Shown here: positions 55,011-63,530 of the stretch, piece after piece
Numbering within the stretch: the stretch's first letter is position 1
Layout of the letters: each line of letters starts with the position of its first letter
NCBI GenBank assembly: GCA_036343635.1
Contig: JAYYVF010000066.1
Span: 89,931 to 153,930 of the forward strand
DNA from: Candidatus Latescibacterota bacterium
GTDB taxonomy: Bacteria; Latescibacterota; UBA2968; UBA8231
Direction of reading: 5' to 3'
DNA: 64,000 bases
Position numbers and translations under genes: made by a program
The notes under the pieces: generated by a model
The model's database searches: none
What the model saw: only the letters and a program-made list of their open reading frames with translations
What the model was told of the DNA's origin: nothing

Positions 55011-55119
55011 TCTAACCAATATAGTTGACCACCTTTAACTCAGTTTATAATTTTCTTGAGTTGTTAAATAGATGTGGTTGGTTGCTGCGATAATTCACGA
55101 ATTACCGGATGAGCCAATA

Positions 55120-55989
55120 ATGAAAAATGGATTTTTTAAGGGACATGGGTTGGGTAACGATTATATTGCTATGGATCCTAATGAATTGGAATTTAAACTT
55201 ACTCCTGGAAATATTCGCAAAATATGTGATAGAAATTGGGGGATTGGTTCCGATGGTATTTTAGCCCTGGACAAAAGCAAAGAAGCTGATTTTGGTCTCC
55301 GAATATACAATCCTGATGGAAGCGAGGCGGAAAAGTCGGGAAATGGTCTGAGGATTTTTGCCCGTTATCTACATGCGACCCGAAAGGTGCGTAAGACCTC
55401 TTTTAGCGTGGATACAAAGGGCGGTCGTGTTTATATAAAATTGCACGTAAATGATGATGGCGTGGCCGATAGTGCAACGGTAGAAATGGGACAGGCAACG
55501 TTTGAACCTCATTCTTTGCCGTGTACCATGAAGGTGAAAGAACTTATTGAAAAATCTATTAAAATCGGTGGTGCAAAATTTCGTTTTACCGGTGTAAGTG
55601 TGGGTAACCCTCACTGCGTGTTATTTCGAGAAAAGGGTGAGAAATGGACACGAGAGGAATTAATTGATCTCGGTCCACAGATAGAAAATCATTCCATATT
55701 CCCAAGGCGTATTAATGTTCAGTTGGCTGTTCCCTTAGGGCCTAAATCTATTTATATCTTAATCTGGGAACGAGGGGCAGGGGAAACACAGGCATCCGGA
55801 TCGTCCTCATGTGCTGCTGCAAGTGCTGCTGTTCGATTAGGTTTGGTGAAAGGTCCGGTGACAGTTAAGTCGCCAGGTGGCACTTTGTATATCGACGTTG
55901 GATCGAGTTTCGATCTTACTATGAAAGGTCCTGTGCAGGAGGTCGCTCGCGGTGTGCTTAGTCCATCATTTTTGAGTACCCTCCGTTGA
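55120..55989 (+). CDS. dapF: Diaminopimelate epimerase
   Basis: 'GHGLGNDYIAMD', 'NPDGSEAEKSGNGLRIFARYL', 'VSVGNPHCVLF' and 'ERGAGETQASGSSSCAAASAA' contain both catalytic Cys motifs. ATG 55120 is preferred over track start 55072. Confidence 0.9.
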   Translation: MKNGFFKGHGLGNDYIAMDPNELEFKLTPGNIRKICDRNWGIGSDGILALDKSKEADFGLRIYNPDGSEAEKSGNGLRIFARYLHATRKVRKTSFSVDTKGGRVYIKLHVNDDGVADSATVEMGQATFEPHSLPCTMKVKELIEKSIKIGGAKFRFTGVSVGNPHCVLFREKGEKWTREELIDLGPQIENHSIFPRRINVQLAVPLGPKSIYILIWERGAGETQASGSSSCAAASAAVRLGLVKGPVTVKSPGGTLYIDVGSSFDLTMKGPVQEVARGVLSPSFLSTLR

Positions 55990-55993
55990 ATAG

Positions 55994-57073
55994 ATGCAAT
56001 CAATACGGGGGTCTTTAGGTCATCTTCGAGTTGAATGGGCGCGTCAAATCTTATATTGGTGGAAGCATTACAATTCTCTTTATCTGCACGAAGCTCTTGT
56101 TGCTCCCTTAATTGATGTCGGTTCGTCTCAGACTTATCTGGGGCGGTGGTGTAATAATCCTCCTGTCATAAGTATTTCATACGATCATGTTGTAAGAGAC
56201 TCTTGGCTAACGGTTCTGGATACATTGAGACACGAGATGGCTCATCAATACGTTGATCAGGTTATCCGGCCAGACGACGAAACAGCTCATGGCCCCGCTT
56301 TTCGCATGGCTTGCAAGCGTTTACGGTGTAGCGATAAGTCAACTGGAGGGTTATTGAAAGATCCAGGTCTACAAAAAAGTGTCATGGAGCGCGTACGCAA
56401 AGTATTGTCGTTGGTTGATAGTCCCAATGAACACGAGGCTCAAGCGGCAATTCAGAAGGTTCGTACGCTTCTCATGAAGTATAATATTGATCTCGTTGAA
56501 TTGGATAGGGATCGTCAATTTGTGCGTCGATCGATTGGGCCAGTAAAGCGACGACATGCATCTTATGAACTCTGGTTGGCCTATATTCTTAATGAACATT
56601 TTTTCGTTGAAACAATATGGGCCGAATCCTACGTTGCATCCTGTAATCAGATCGGGACCGTCTTGGAGATTTACGGTACTATCGCAAATACAGATATGGC
56701 TTCGTACGTTCATCAATATCTGTCCAATTTATTGCCCGTATTGTGGGATGATTACCGAAAGAAAGAAGGAATAAAATCGAATAAGGAAAGACAACGTTAT
56801 TGGTCCGGTGTTTTACAGGGTTTTTGTGAAAAATTGTCGAGTCGTGACAGAAAAGAAAAAATTGAAAGAGAAGGTATAGCTTTGTGGCATGGCGACCCTA
56901 AGCTTCTTGAGTTTTATCACAATTTTAATCCAAATGTACTAGTTCGCCGTTCAGGCGGTGTTCGACAAAGCGATACCTTTACCGCTGGAATACGCACGGG
57001 TCAAAAAGTCGAGATTCGTTCTGGGATTGAAAGCAGAGGTAATGACTTTGGGGGTTATTTGGAAAATGTTTAA
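55994..57073 (+). CDS. SprT-like zinc-metallopeptidase motif protein with a DUF2786-like central region
   Basis: 'LDTLRHEMAHQYVD' carries HExxH in an SprT-like context. 'VRKVLSLVDSPNEHEAQAAIQKVRTLLMKYNI' resembles the DUF2786 helix pair. Confidence 0.55.
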   Translation: MQSIRGSLGHLRVEWARQILYWWKHYNSLYLHEALVAPLIDVGSSQTYLGRWCNNPPVISISYDHVVRDSWLTVLDTLRHEMAHQYVDQVIRPDDETAHGPAFRMACKRLRCSDKSTGGLLKDPGLQKSVMERVRKVLSLVDSPNEHEAQAAIQKVRTLLMKYNIDLVELDRDRQFVRRSIGPVKRRHASYELWLAYILNEHFFVETIWAESYVASCNQIGTVLEIYGTIANTDMASYVHQYLSNLLPVLWDDYRKKEGIKSNKERQRYWSGVLQGFCEKLSSRDRKEKIEREGIALWHGDPKLLEFYHNFNPNVLVRRSGGVRQSDTFTAGIRTGQKVEIRSGIESRGNDFGGYLENV

Positions 57074-59837
57074 AAAGATTTCCTTTTGTTTAATATGGGC
57101 AAGTTTTAGTTACGGGCAGATACTTGGTTTTGGAAAAAATAAGGTTCAGTTTGATGAATTTGAATGGAAAAAAATCGAGACTGCACATTTCGACCTCTTT
57201 TTTTTCCCTGAAGAGGAAGAGCTTGCATCTCATACGGCTACAATGGCTGAAAGAAAATTTCGAGATTTAGAGCGAAAGTTTGTTCACACGGTCAGGCGGC
57301 GTATACCGCTCGTTATCTACTCTTCCCATATCTATTTCGAACAGACGAATATTATACCGAATCTATTGCCGGAAGGTGTCGCTGGATTCACAGAATACCT
57401 AAAGGGTAGAGTAGCATTGCCTCTCAGTGGTTCGATCCCGGAATATGAACGTGTCCTGCACCATGAATTGGTGCATGTTTTTATGTTTGACCGAATCGCG
57501 CGAATCCTTGAACGCCATGGCGTTCTCGATTTTCGTCCGGCCCCTCTTTGGTTTTCTGAAGGGTTGGCCGAATATTGGTCAAGTCGGAAATCAGCATTAG
57601 GAGACATGATTTTGCGTGACGCTTTGTTTAGTCAGAATTTTCCCTCAATACAACAAATCTACCAGATAAATGGAACTTTCCAGATGTATAAACAGGGTGA
57701 ATCCATTTGTGAATTTATGGCGCACGAATACGGTGAGGATGTTTTTGAACAATTATTTGTGAATTGGTGGCGTGCTGAAACGTTTAACGAAGTTTTTTCT
57801 CTTACAACTGGAGAAACCGTCGAATCATTCAACGAAAAATGGATTTTTGGGGAACGTAAACGTTATTTTCCTGCTATTTCAAACCGAAACCTTCTGTCTC
57901 AGTCTGCTAAAGCTTTGACTCATGGCGGATTTAATATCAAACCAGCGTGGATGCTCGATAATGAAGGCTCACTTGATTATATCTATTTTAACAACCGGCA
58001 GGGGTACACTCAGATAGCCCGAGGAGGGGATGATGAAAGCGGCGAGACCATTGTCGAAGGCGAACGCTTAACAGCTATTGAATCATTACACCCATTGACA
58101 AGCAAACTTGCTGTTTCTTTTGACGGACATTTGTTGGCTTTCGCAGCGAAAAACCGTGGACGTGATCATTTATATATCTGGGATATTGAAAGAAAAAAAT
58201 TGCTACACGACCTATATTTTGATGACGTAATTGCAATCTCCTCTCCATCTTTTTCTCCTAATGGAGATAAACTTGTTTTCTCTGGTGCGGGGAAAAATGG
58301 TTTTACGGATTTGTACTTTGTAGACACTAATATAGGCTCGCTGAGTCCGTTGATGCAGGATGTATATCATGACCGGGACCCCGATTGGTCTCCTGATGGA
58401 AACTTTATTGCTTTCAGTTCAGATCGCTTTCCGCAGGGTAGGTACGGGAATTACAATATTTTTCTCTATAGCATTGCAAATAGTCAACTAACGCGTTTAA
58501 CAAAAGGTGAATTTATTGATCAGCAACCGGATTTTGGACCTGATAGTCGTTCGATCATTTTTAGTTCAGACCGTGATTCTGTTTTCAACATCCATTTAAT
58601 AAGGTTTGACGATGAGGTGGCACATGTTCGTCAATTAACACGTTTTTTGACTGGAGCATTTGACCCGGCGTGGTCTCCTGATGGTGATGAATTTTTATTT
58701 TCGGGCTATCAAGGAGGCAAGTTTCAAATCTATAGGTCTGACTTAAAGTTGCCATATGAGCATGATGTTCAATTTTTCACGAGTTTGGCAGACTCTTTGC
58801 CATGGACGGTGGAAAATGGTGGGGGGAATAGACGTTTTGCGCAAAGGCCTTATAATAGGAAGATGGAGTTGGATGTTGCACAAAGTCAGATATCGCAAGA
58901 TCCTGAATTTGGTACGTCCGGAGGTTTGCAGTTTTTGCTGAGTGATATTTTAGGGAATGATCAATATTCGTTTGTCCTCTCGCATATTTCGGGTAACCAG
59001 TCTGGCTTTGCAAATGGATTAAACTTGGCTTTAACACGTTTACATTTAGGCCAACAACGAAACTGGTCGTGGGGACTTTTTAGATTAAATGATCGATTCT
59101 CAAGCAAGTTCGGTAGATTTGTCAGGGAAGAGCGAACAGGAGGGTTTGTAGGCGTTAGCTATCCGTTTTCTCGCCACAAACGTCTTGATAGCCGAATTTC
59201 GTTACGCCATGCACAAATTGACCGGCAATTTGAAGGAAGGAAATTGAATGGTTGGTTGATTAACAATTTCATTAGTTATCGCCATGACACTTCGTTATGG
59301 ATGCCAACCGGACCAATTGAGGGAACAAGGTATAATATTGGCTTATCTCAGACTGTCGACTTGAAGAGTTCACGCCGGTTTAACTTTTCAGTCTACGGGG
59401 ATTATCGTCATTATTTTCGTTTGGGGCAAAGGTTGAACTGGGCTATGCGTTATATGGCCCGAAGGAGTTTCGGTGACGTACCTGAATATTTTTCACTTGG
59501 TGGATCATGGACTCTTAGGGGATATCCTTGGCGTTCAATTTGGGGCAGTAAGATGCTACTGATTAATCAGGAGTTGAGGTTTCCTTTCATAGACAGATTC
59601 CACATTGGTTTACCTTTTGGCAACATAGATTTTGGTCAATTCAGAGGAGCACTATTACTGGATGCAGGTAATGCATGGACGGATTCGTTTGGAGATTGGC
59701 GTGGAGCACTTGGGGTTGGCTCTCGTTTGGCGCTTGGAGGAGCTTTTGTCTTTCGTTTGGACGCAACTCGCCGAACAAATTTTAAGTCAGTACAGTCAAA
59801 AACTAATTGGGATTTTTTCTTTGGATGGGACTTTTAA
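57066..59837 (+). CDS. Outer-membrane fusion protein: Peptidase_MA-like domain + PD40/TolB-like beta-propeller + Omp85-type (Bac_surface_Ag) beta-barrel
   Basis: Signal peptide 'MFKKISFCLIWASFSYGQ'. 'HHELVHVF...WFSEGLAEYW' fits gluzincin HExxH...E. PD40 repeats at 'SFSPNGDKLVFSG', 'DPDWSPDGNFIAFSSDR', 'PDFGPDSRSIIFSSDR' and 'DPAWSPDGDEFLFSG'. The C-terminal 'LGGSWTLRGYP...INQELRFPF...LLLDAGNAW...GVGSRL...FFFGWDF' is Omp85-like. ATG 57066 is preferred over track start 56958. Confidence 0.75.
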   Translation: MFKKISFCLIWASFSYGQILGFGKNKVQFDEFEWKKIETAHFDLFFFPEEEELASHTATMAERKFRDLERKFVHTVRRRIPLVIYSSHIYFEQTNIIPNLLPEGVAGFTEYLKGRVALPLSGSIPEYERVLHHELVHVFMFDRIARILERHGVLDFRPAPLWFSEGLAEYWSSRKSALGDMILRDALFSQNFPSIQQIYQINGTFQMYKQGESICEFMAHEYGEDVFEQLFVNWWRAETFNEVFSLTTGETVESFNEKWIFGERKRYFPAISNRNLLSQSAKALTHGGFNIKPAWMLDNEGSLDYIYFNNRQGYTQIARGGDDESGETIVEGERLTAIESLHPLTSKLAVSFDGHLLAFAAKNRGRDHLYIWDIERKKLLHDLYFDDVIAISSPSFSPNGDKLVFSGAGKNGFTDLYFVDTNIGSLSPLMQDVYHDRDPDWSPDGNFIAFSSDRFPQGRYGNYNIFLYSIANSQLTRLTKGEFIDQQPDFGPDSRSIIFSSDRDSVFNIHLIRFDDEVAHVRQLTRFLTGAFDPAWSPDGDEFLFSGYQGGKFQIYRSDLKLPYEHDVQFFTSLADSLPWTVENGGGNRRFAQRPYNRKMELDVAQSQISQDPEFGTSGGLQFLLSDILGNDQYSFVLSHISGNQSGFANGLNLALTRLHLGQQRNWSWGLFRLNDRFSSKFGRFVREERTGGFVGVSYPFSRHKRLDSRISLRHAQIDRQFEGRKLNGWLINNFISYRHDTSLWMPTGPIEGTRYNIGLSQTVDLKSSRRFNFSVYGDYRHYFRLGQRLNWAMRYMARRSFGDVPEYFSLGGSWTLRGYPWRSIWGSKMLLINQELRFPFIDRFHIGLPFGNIDFGQFRGALLLDAGNAWTDSFGDWRGALGVGSRLALGGAFVFRLDATRRTNFKSVQSKTNWDFFFGWDF

Positions 59838-59841
59838 TATT

Positions 59842-60909
59842 GTGAAATCACTTTTTTTTGTTGTTTTTACAGTTCTTTTCTATTCTGGATGTAGCCCCGG
59901 TATATTTGTCGGAACAAGAGTGCCCGATAATATTGTGCCAACCCCACCCCTAACCTTGCTTTGGAGTTACTCTATGGACGGCCCAGCGATGGGTCAGACC
60001 CTTGGTGCCGAAGGCGTGATTTATCAAGCCACTACTTCTGGCTCATTATATGCTTTTGATAATAAAACGGGTGAAAGAATTGGGAAGAAAAAATTTAGAG
60101 AGCAAATAAGTGCTCCTTTGGCTTTGTCTAATGCCTGGTTCGGTTTGCCCGTCCAGGAAAAAGATTTTGGTATGTTAATTTGGAATCGTGCAACTCAATC
60201 TCAATACTGGAATGGGCTAGAGAGCGGTTGCATGACGCCTGTTTTTGTTGGGGATGTAATAATTGTCGGGAATGAAAATGGAAAAATAATAGCTTATGAT
60301 TTGGTTCTAGGTGAAGAGTTGTGGAATACTGAATTAGAAAATACTCTACGTGTGCGCCCTGGGTATTTTGAAAATGCAGTCTACGTTGGTAGCAGCGATG
60401 GAACTATAAGTCATTTTTCGGTTGAAACGGGAAGATCTAATTGGACCAATCAACTTGATAGCGCCGTAAGAAGTATACCCTTTGGTGACAGGGTTGGGCT
60501 TTTTGTTGCAACGGCAAGTGGCAAGGTGTTTTTATTGGACATTAATAACGGTGCTATTAAGTGGGAGTGTTCGATCAGTGGCTTGCCGACTGAAGGACTG
60601 TCGCTTGAAAAGGATATTCTTGTTGTCGGAACGTCTGATAGAAAATTGCACGGTATTGAAATCGATACTGGAAACCTTCGATGGAATTACGAAACCGAAG
60701 GTGTTGTGAAAGGTAGTCCGGTTGTCACAGGTGGAATTGTTTACGTACCTTCAAGTGATGAGCATATTTATGCGATCGATATTGAAAGCGGGAAACTTCT
60801 TTGGGAATTTCGGCTCGATGGCCCCGCGTTGCAGCCCGCAGCGTTTTTAGATGGAACGATCTTTGTGGCAACTGAAAAAAAGACCCTTTATGCTTTTGGT
60901 AACCGTTGA
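59842..60909 (+). CDS. PQQ-like beta-propeller repeat lipoprotein (BamB-like)
   Basis: GTG 59842 gives the lipoprotein signal 'VKSLFFVVFTVLFYSGCS'. Repeated blades at 'GSLYAFDNKTGERIW-like', 'GKIIAYDLVLGEELW', 'GTISHFSVETGRSNW', 'GKVFLLDINNGAIKW', 'RKLHGIEIDTGNLRW' and 'EHIYAIDIESGKLLW'. The track start at 59632 overlaps the upstream gene. Confidence 0.75.
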   Translation: MKSLFFVVFTVLFYSGCSPGIFVGTRVPDNIVPTPPLTLLWSYSMDGPAMGQTLGAEGVIYQATTSGSLYAFDNKTGERIGKKKFREQISAPLALSNAWFGLPVQEKDFGMLIWNRATQSQYWNGLESGCMTPVFVGDVIIVGNENGKIIAYDLVLGEELWNTELENTLRVRPGYFENAVYVGSSDGTISHFSVETGRSNWTNQLDSAVRSIPFGDRVGLFVATASGKVFLLDINNGAIKWECSISGLPTEGLSLEKDILVVGTSDRKLHGIEIDTGNLRWNYETEGVVKGSPVVTGGIVYVPSSDEHIYAIDIESGKLLWEFRLDGPALQPAAFLDGTIFVATEKKTLYAFGNR

Positions 60910-60912
60910 ATC

Positions 60913-61338
60913 ATGTTGAACCGAAGCCGGATTCCTTTATTAGCCATAGTGATTATGCTGTTTTTTGTGACGTTTGTGAGTGCAGTCGATTTACAACCAG
61001 TTCTACCTGTTTGCTGTACTGAGGTTAATGAGTCATCAGTGCGGGATTTTTCTTTGAAACAAAAAATACGGGTCCGAGATTCTGTTCCTTCCCTGACTGT
61101 TTTTCGGTCTTCAGTCCTCTTTACTTCAGTTTTTACGGTCGCTGGGGGAATTATTGCTTACTGGAACAAAAAGCAGGCTGATAGAGCTTATCGTAGTTAT
61201 CTAAGGACTGCCAATTCCTCTAAGTTACAGAATGAATTCACTAAAGCTGAGCGTTTAGATAAATTGGCGGGTTCGGCTTTGGTTGCTATGGAGCTAGGTA
61301 TTGGTATGACGACGTATCTAATATTTTTTTGCGAATGA
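60913..61338 (+). CDS. Hypothetical small membrane protein
   Basis: Three hydrophobic segments and no family recognised. It sits in tight operon context. Confidence 0.35.
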   Translation: MLNRSRIPLLAIVIMLFFVTFVSAVDLQPVLPVCCTEVNESSVRDFSLKQKIRVRDSVPSLTVFRSSVLFTSVFTVAGGIIAYWNKKQADRAYRSYLRTANSSKLQNEFTKAERLDKLAGSALVAMELGIGMTTYLIFFCE

Positions 61339-62567
61339 AATGGTTTTGTTGTTTCACCGTCATCTGTTTTGTTGCTTGTTCGGACCGTCAGCGCGTAAAC
61401 CCCTTTGATTCTAAGGCTATAGATGCCCACGGAAGTCCGACTACTTTAGTGTGTATTGCTGGAGATGGTTACGTAAGCTTAGAATGGAACTTAACTGCTT
61501 ATGATGACATTGAAGGGTACAAATTGCTTCGTCTGAACGGGTCAGGAAGCGAATGGCAGATTTTGAATGACCCTGTTTTGGCACCGGAAACGACAAATTT
61601 CCGAGATGAACAGGTTGAAAATGGAGAAACTTATGAATACAGGTTAGCCATAATAGTGGAGGATGAAGGCGAACAACTTTTAGGTGAAGTCCATTTGGCC
61701 ACGCCGGGTCCTGAAATTATTTGGTTAGCTGATAAAGGGACTGGTTTTGTTTGGAAGATAAGTCCTGATGGAAGGAGTGGCCATTTCGCGCGTGGGCAAT
61801 TTTCGGAAATCAATGATATTGGAGTCAACGTTTTGGATGGTAGTTGTTGGTTTGTAGATGGTTTATCATCTAGTATCATACGTATTGATATCGAGGGACG
61901 AGTCCAGTCTTTTACAACTGATTTGGGTGAGGTCGTTGACATAGAAATAGACGGGGTGGCAGGTTTGGGATGGGTTGCAGATATAACTCAGCAGAGAGTT
62001 TTTTCGTTTGATCTTTCGATGCAAGATTCATTAGAGCTTGTTGCAGTTGATGCTAATTTCGATCAGCCAGTAGGGCTTGCCGGTTACGCTGGGTCTTGTT
62101 GGATAGTTGATAGGTTACAAGGGCGGATATTGCGTTACTCGGCAGATCGTAGAAAAGTACTGGAATTTGGAGGTTTAGATCGGCCGATGGCTATTTCTGT
62201 AGATAGCTTTGGGGATAGCTGGGTACTAACGGATGAAGGACATAAAATAATTAAATTGAAGTCTGATGGCTCAGACAAGCTTTATAATCTGTCAATCATC
62301 GATGCAATAGGTTTATCCGTAGATGTAGTTGAGGAAGTTATTTGGCTTTTTTCAAATAAGACATTAGCAAAATTAACAACAAACGGTGAATTGCTGCGGG
62401 AATGGGTCGATCTTCCTCAGCTGCGATCAATAGCTGTTGATAGAAGGAGCAAGGTGGTCTGGGTCGCAATGGGCCAGAGGCTTTGGAAGATAGATGAATC
62501 GGATCAAATCTTATCGAGGTTATCTGGTTTTTCCAGTTTGGGGCAAATCGTCGTGAGTTCTAGATAA
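61335..62567 (+). CDS. Lipoprotein with FN3-like domain + six-blade NHL/YncE-like beta-propeller
   Basis: Lipobox 'CFVACSD'. FN3-like 'SLEWNLTAYDDIEGYKLLR...GETYEYRLA'. Six blades at 'IIWLADKGTGFVWKI', 'SCWFVDGLSSSIIRI', 'GLGWVADITQQRVFSF', 'SCWIVDRLQGRILRY', 'DSWVLTDEGHKIIKL' and 'VVWVAMGQRLWKI'. ATG 61335 forms an ATGA overlap with the upstream stop. Confidence 0.6.
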   Translation: MKWFCCFTVICFVACSDRQRVNPFDSKAIDAHGSPTTLVCIAGDGYVSLEWNLTAYDDIEGYKLLRLNGSGSEWQILNDPVLAPETTNFRDEQVENGETYEYRLAIIVEDEGEQLLGEVHLATPGPEIIWLADKGTGFVWKISPDGRSGHFARGQFSEINDIGVNVLDGSCWFVDGLSSSIIRIDIEGRVQSFTTDLGEVVDIEIDGVAGLGWVADITQQRVFSFDLSMQDSLELVAVDANFDQPVGLAGYAGSCWIVDRLQGRILRYSADRRKVLEFGGLDRPMAISVDSFGDSWVLTDEGHKIIKLKSDGSDKLYNLSIIDAIGLSVDVVEEVIWLFSNKTLAKLTTNGELLREWVDLPQLRSIAVDRRSKVVWVAMGQRLWKIDESDQILSRLSGFSSLGQIVVSSR

Positions 62568-62644
62568 CATTAAGTACATCTCGACACATTGTGCAGGGCC
62601 AATTATCTTTAGAAACTAATCTCAAAGCAAATGGAATATAAGAT

Positions 62645-63529
62645 ATGATTACCAGTATGACAGGATTTGGGCGTGCTTGTGTTGAAGGTTCCGCCGGACA
62701 AGTAAATATTGAGATAAGGTCTGTTAATTCCCGATTCCTTGATATCCAAATACGATGCCCACAGATGTTGCAATCTATCGAACCATTACTGCGTGAATGC
62801 CTGCAGAAATCGGTGAATCGCGGTAAAGTTAGTGTGAATTTGAGTATGGATTTTTTCGACCAAGATAGCACGATGCCTGTTTTAAATGAAAAAGTCGTCG
62901 AGCGTTATTTAATAGAGGCAAAGCGACTGAAGGAGATAACTGGGATTTGGTCATCGGGAAATATTGAGTTGGGAACATTTATGCAGTTGCCTGATGTCTT
63001 TGCAAAAGAATCAATGGATCCTCAGCATGATCAATTAAAAAATTTGGTTCTGAAGGCATTTGAAGAGGCTACCGATGAATTTGTAGCTATGCGTGGAAGG
63101 GAAGGTCAGCTGTTGGCGGAAGACATAAAAATGCGAATTGAGAAAATAATAGCTGTTCTTGCAGATATTTCCGAAGAAGTTCCTATCGCTAGGAAACAAA
63201 TCAACGATCGTCTTAGGTCACGAATTGATGATTTGATAGAATCTGCAGAAATTGATGAGGATCGCTTAGCAATGGAAGTTACATTGATTGCGGAGCGAAG
63301 TGATATAACGGAGGAGCTTGTTAGATTTGAGAGTCATAATGAGCAATTCATGGAGACGCTGAGTGTGGGTGGAGAGGTAGGACGTAGGTTTAATTTTTTA
63401 CTTCAGGAAATGAACCGCGAAGCGAATACTGTTAGTTCTAAGGCCGCAAATACAAATATTGTACACAAGGTAATTGAAATTAAAGAAGAATTAGAACGGA
63501 TTCGCGAACAAGTTCAAAATTTGGCCTGA
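62645..63529 (+). CDS. yicC: YicC/YloC family stress-induced protein (endoribonuclease)
   Basis: 'MITSMTGFGRA' N-terminus and 'DITEELVRFESH...FLLQEMNREANTVSSKA' C-terminal (DUF1732) signature. Confidence 0.9.
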   Translation: MITSMTGFGRACVEGSAGQVNIEIRSVNSRFLDIQIRCPQMLQSIEPLLRECLQKSVNRGKVSVNLSMDFFDQDSTMPVLNEKVVERYLIEAKRLKEITGIWSSGNIELGTFMQLPDVFAKESMDPQHDQLKNLVLKAFEEATDEFVAMRGREGQLLAEDIKMRIEKIIAVLADISEEVPIARKQINDRLRSRIDDLIESAEIDEDRLAMEVTLIAERSDITEELVRFESHNEQFMETLSVGGEVGRRFNFLLQEMNREANTVSSKAANTNIVHKVIEIKEELERIREQVQNLA

Positions 63530-63530
63530 A

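Noticed and set aside
54930-55019. Apparent signal peptide at the N-terminus of the nucleosidase-like protein
   Set aside because: The hydrophobic stretch followed by 'ALPSEARPL' matches the first beta-strand/helix of PNP_UDP_1 folds rather than a cleavable signal. The protein is treated as cytoplasmic.
56958-57065. Upstream extension of the Omp85-fusion ORF
   Set aside because: It overlaps the 3' end of the SprT-like gene. ATG 57066 yields a classic signal peptide (MFKKISFCLIWASFSYGQ).
59632-59841. Upstream extension of the BamB-like ORF
   Set aside because: It lies within the Omp85 barrel coding region. GTG 59842 gives a lipoprotein signal with a Cys lipobox.
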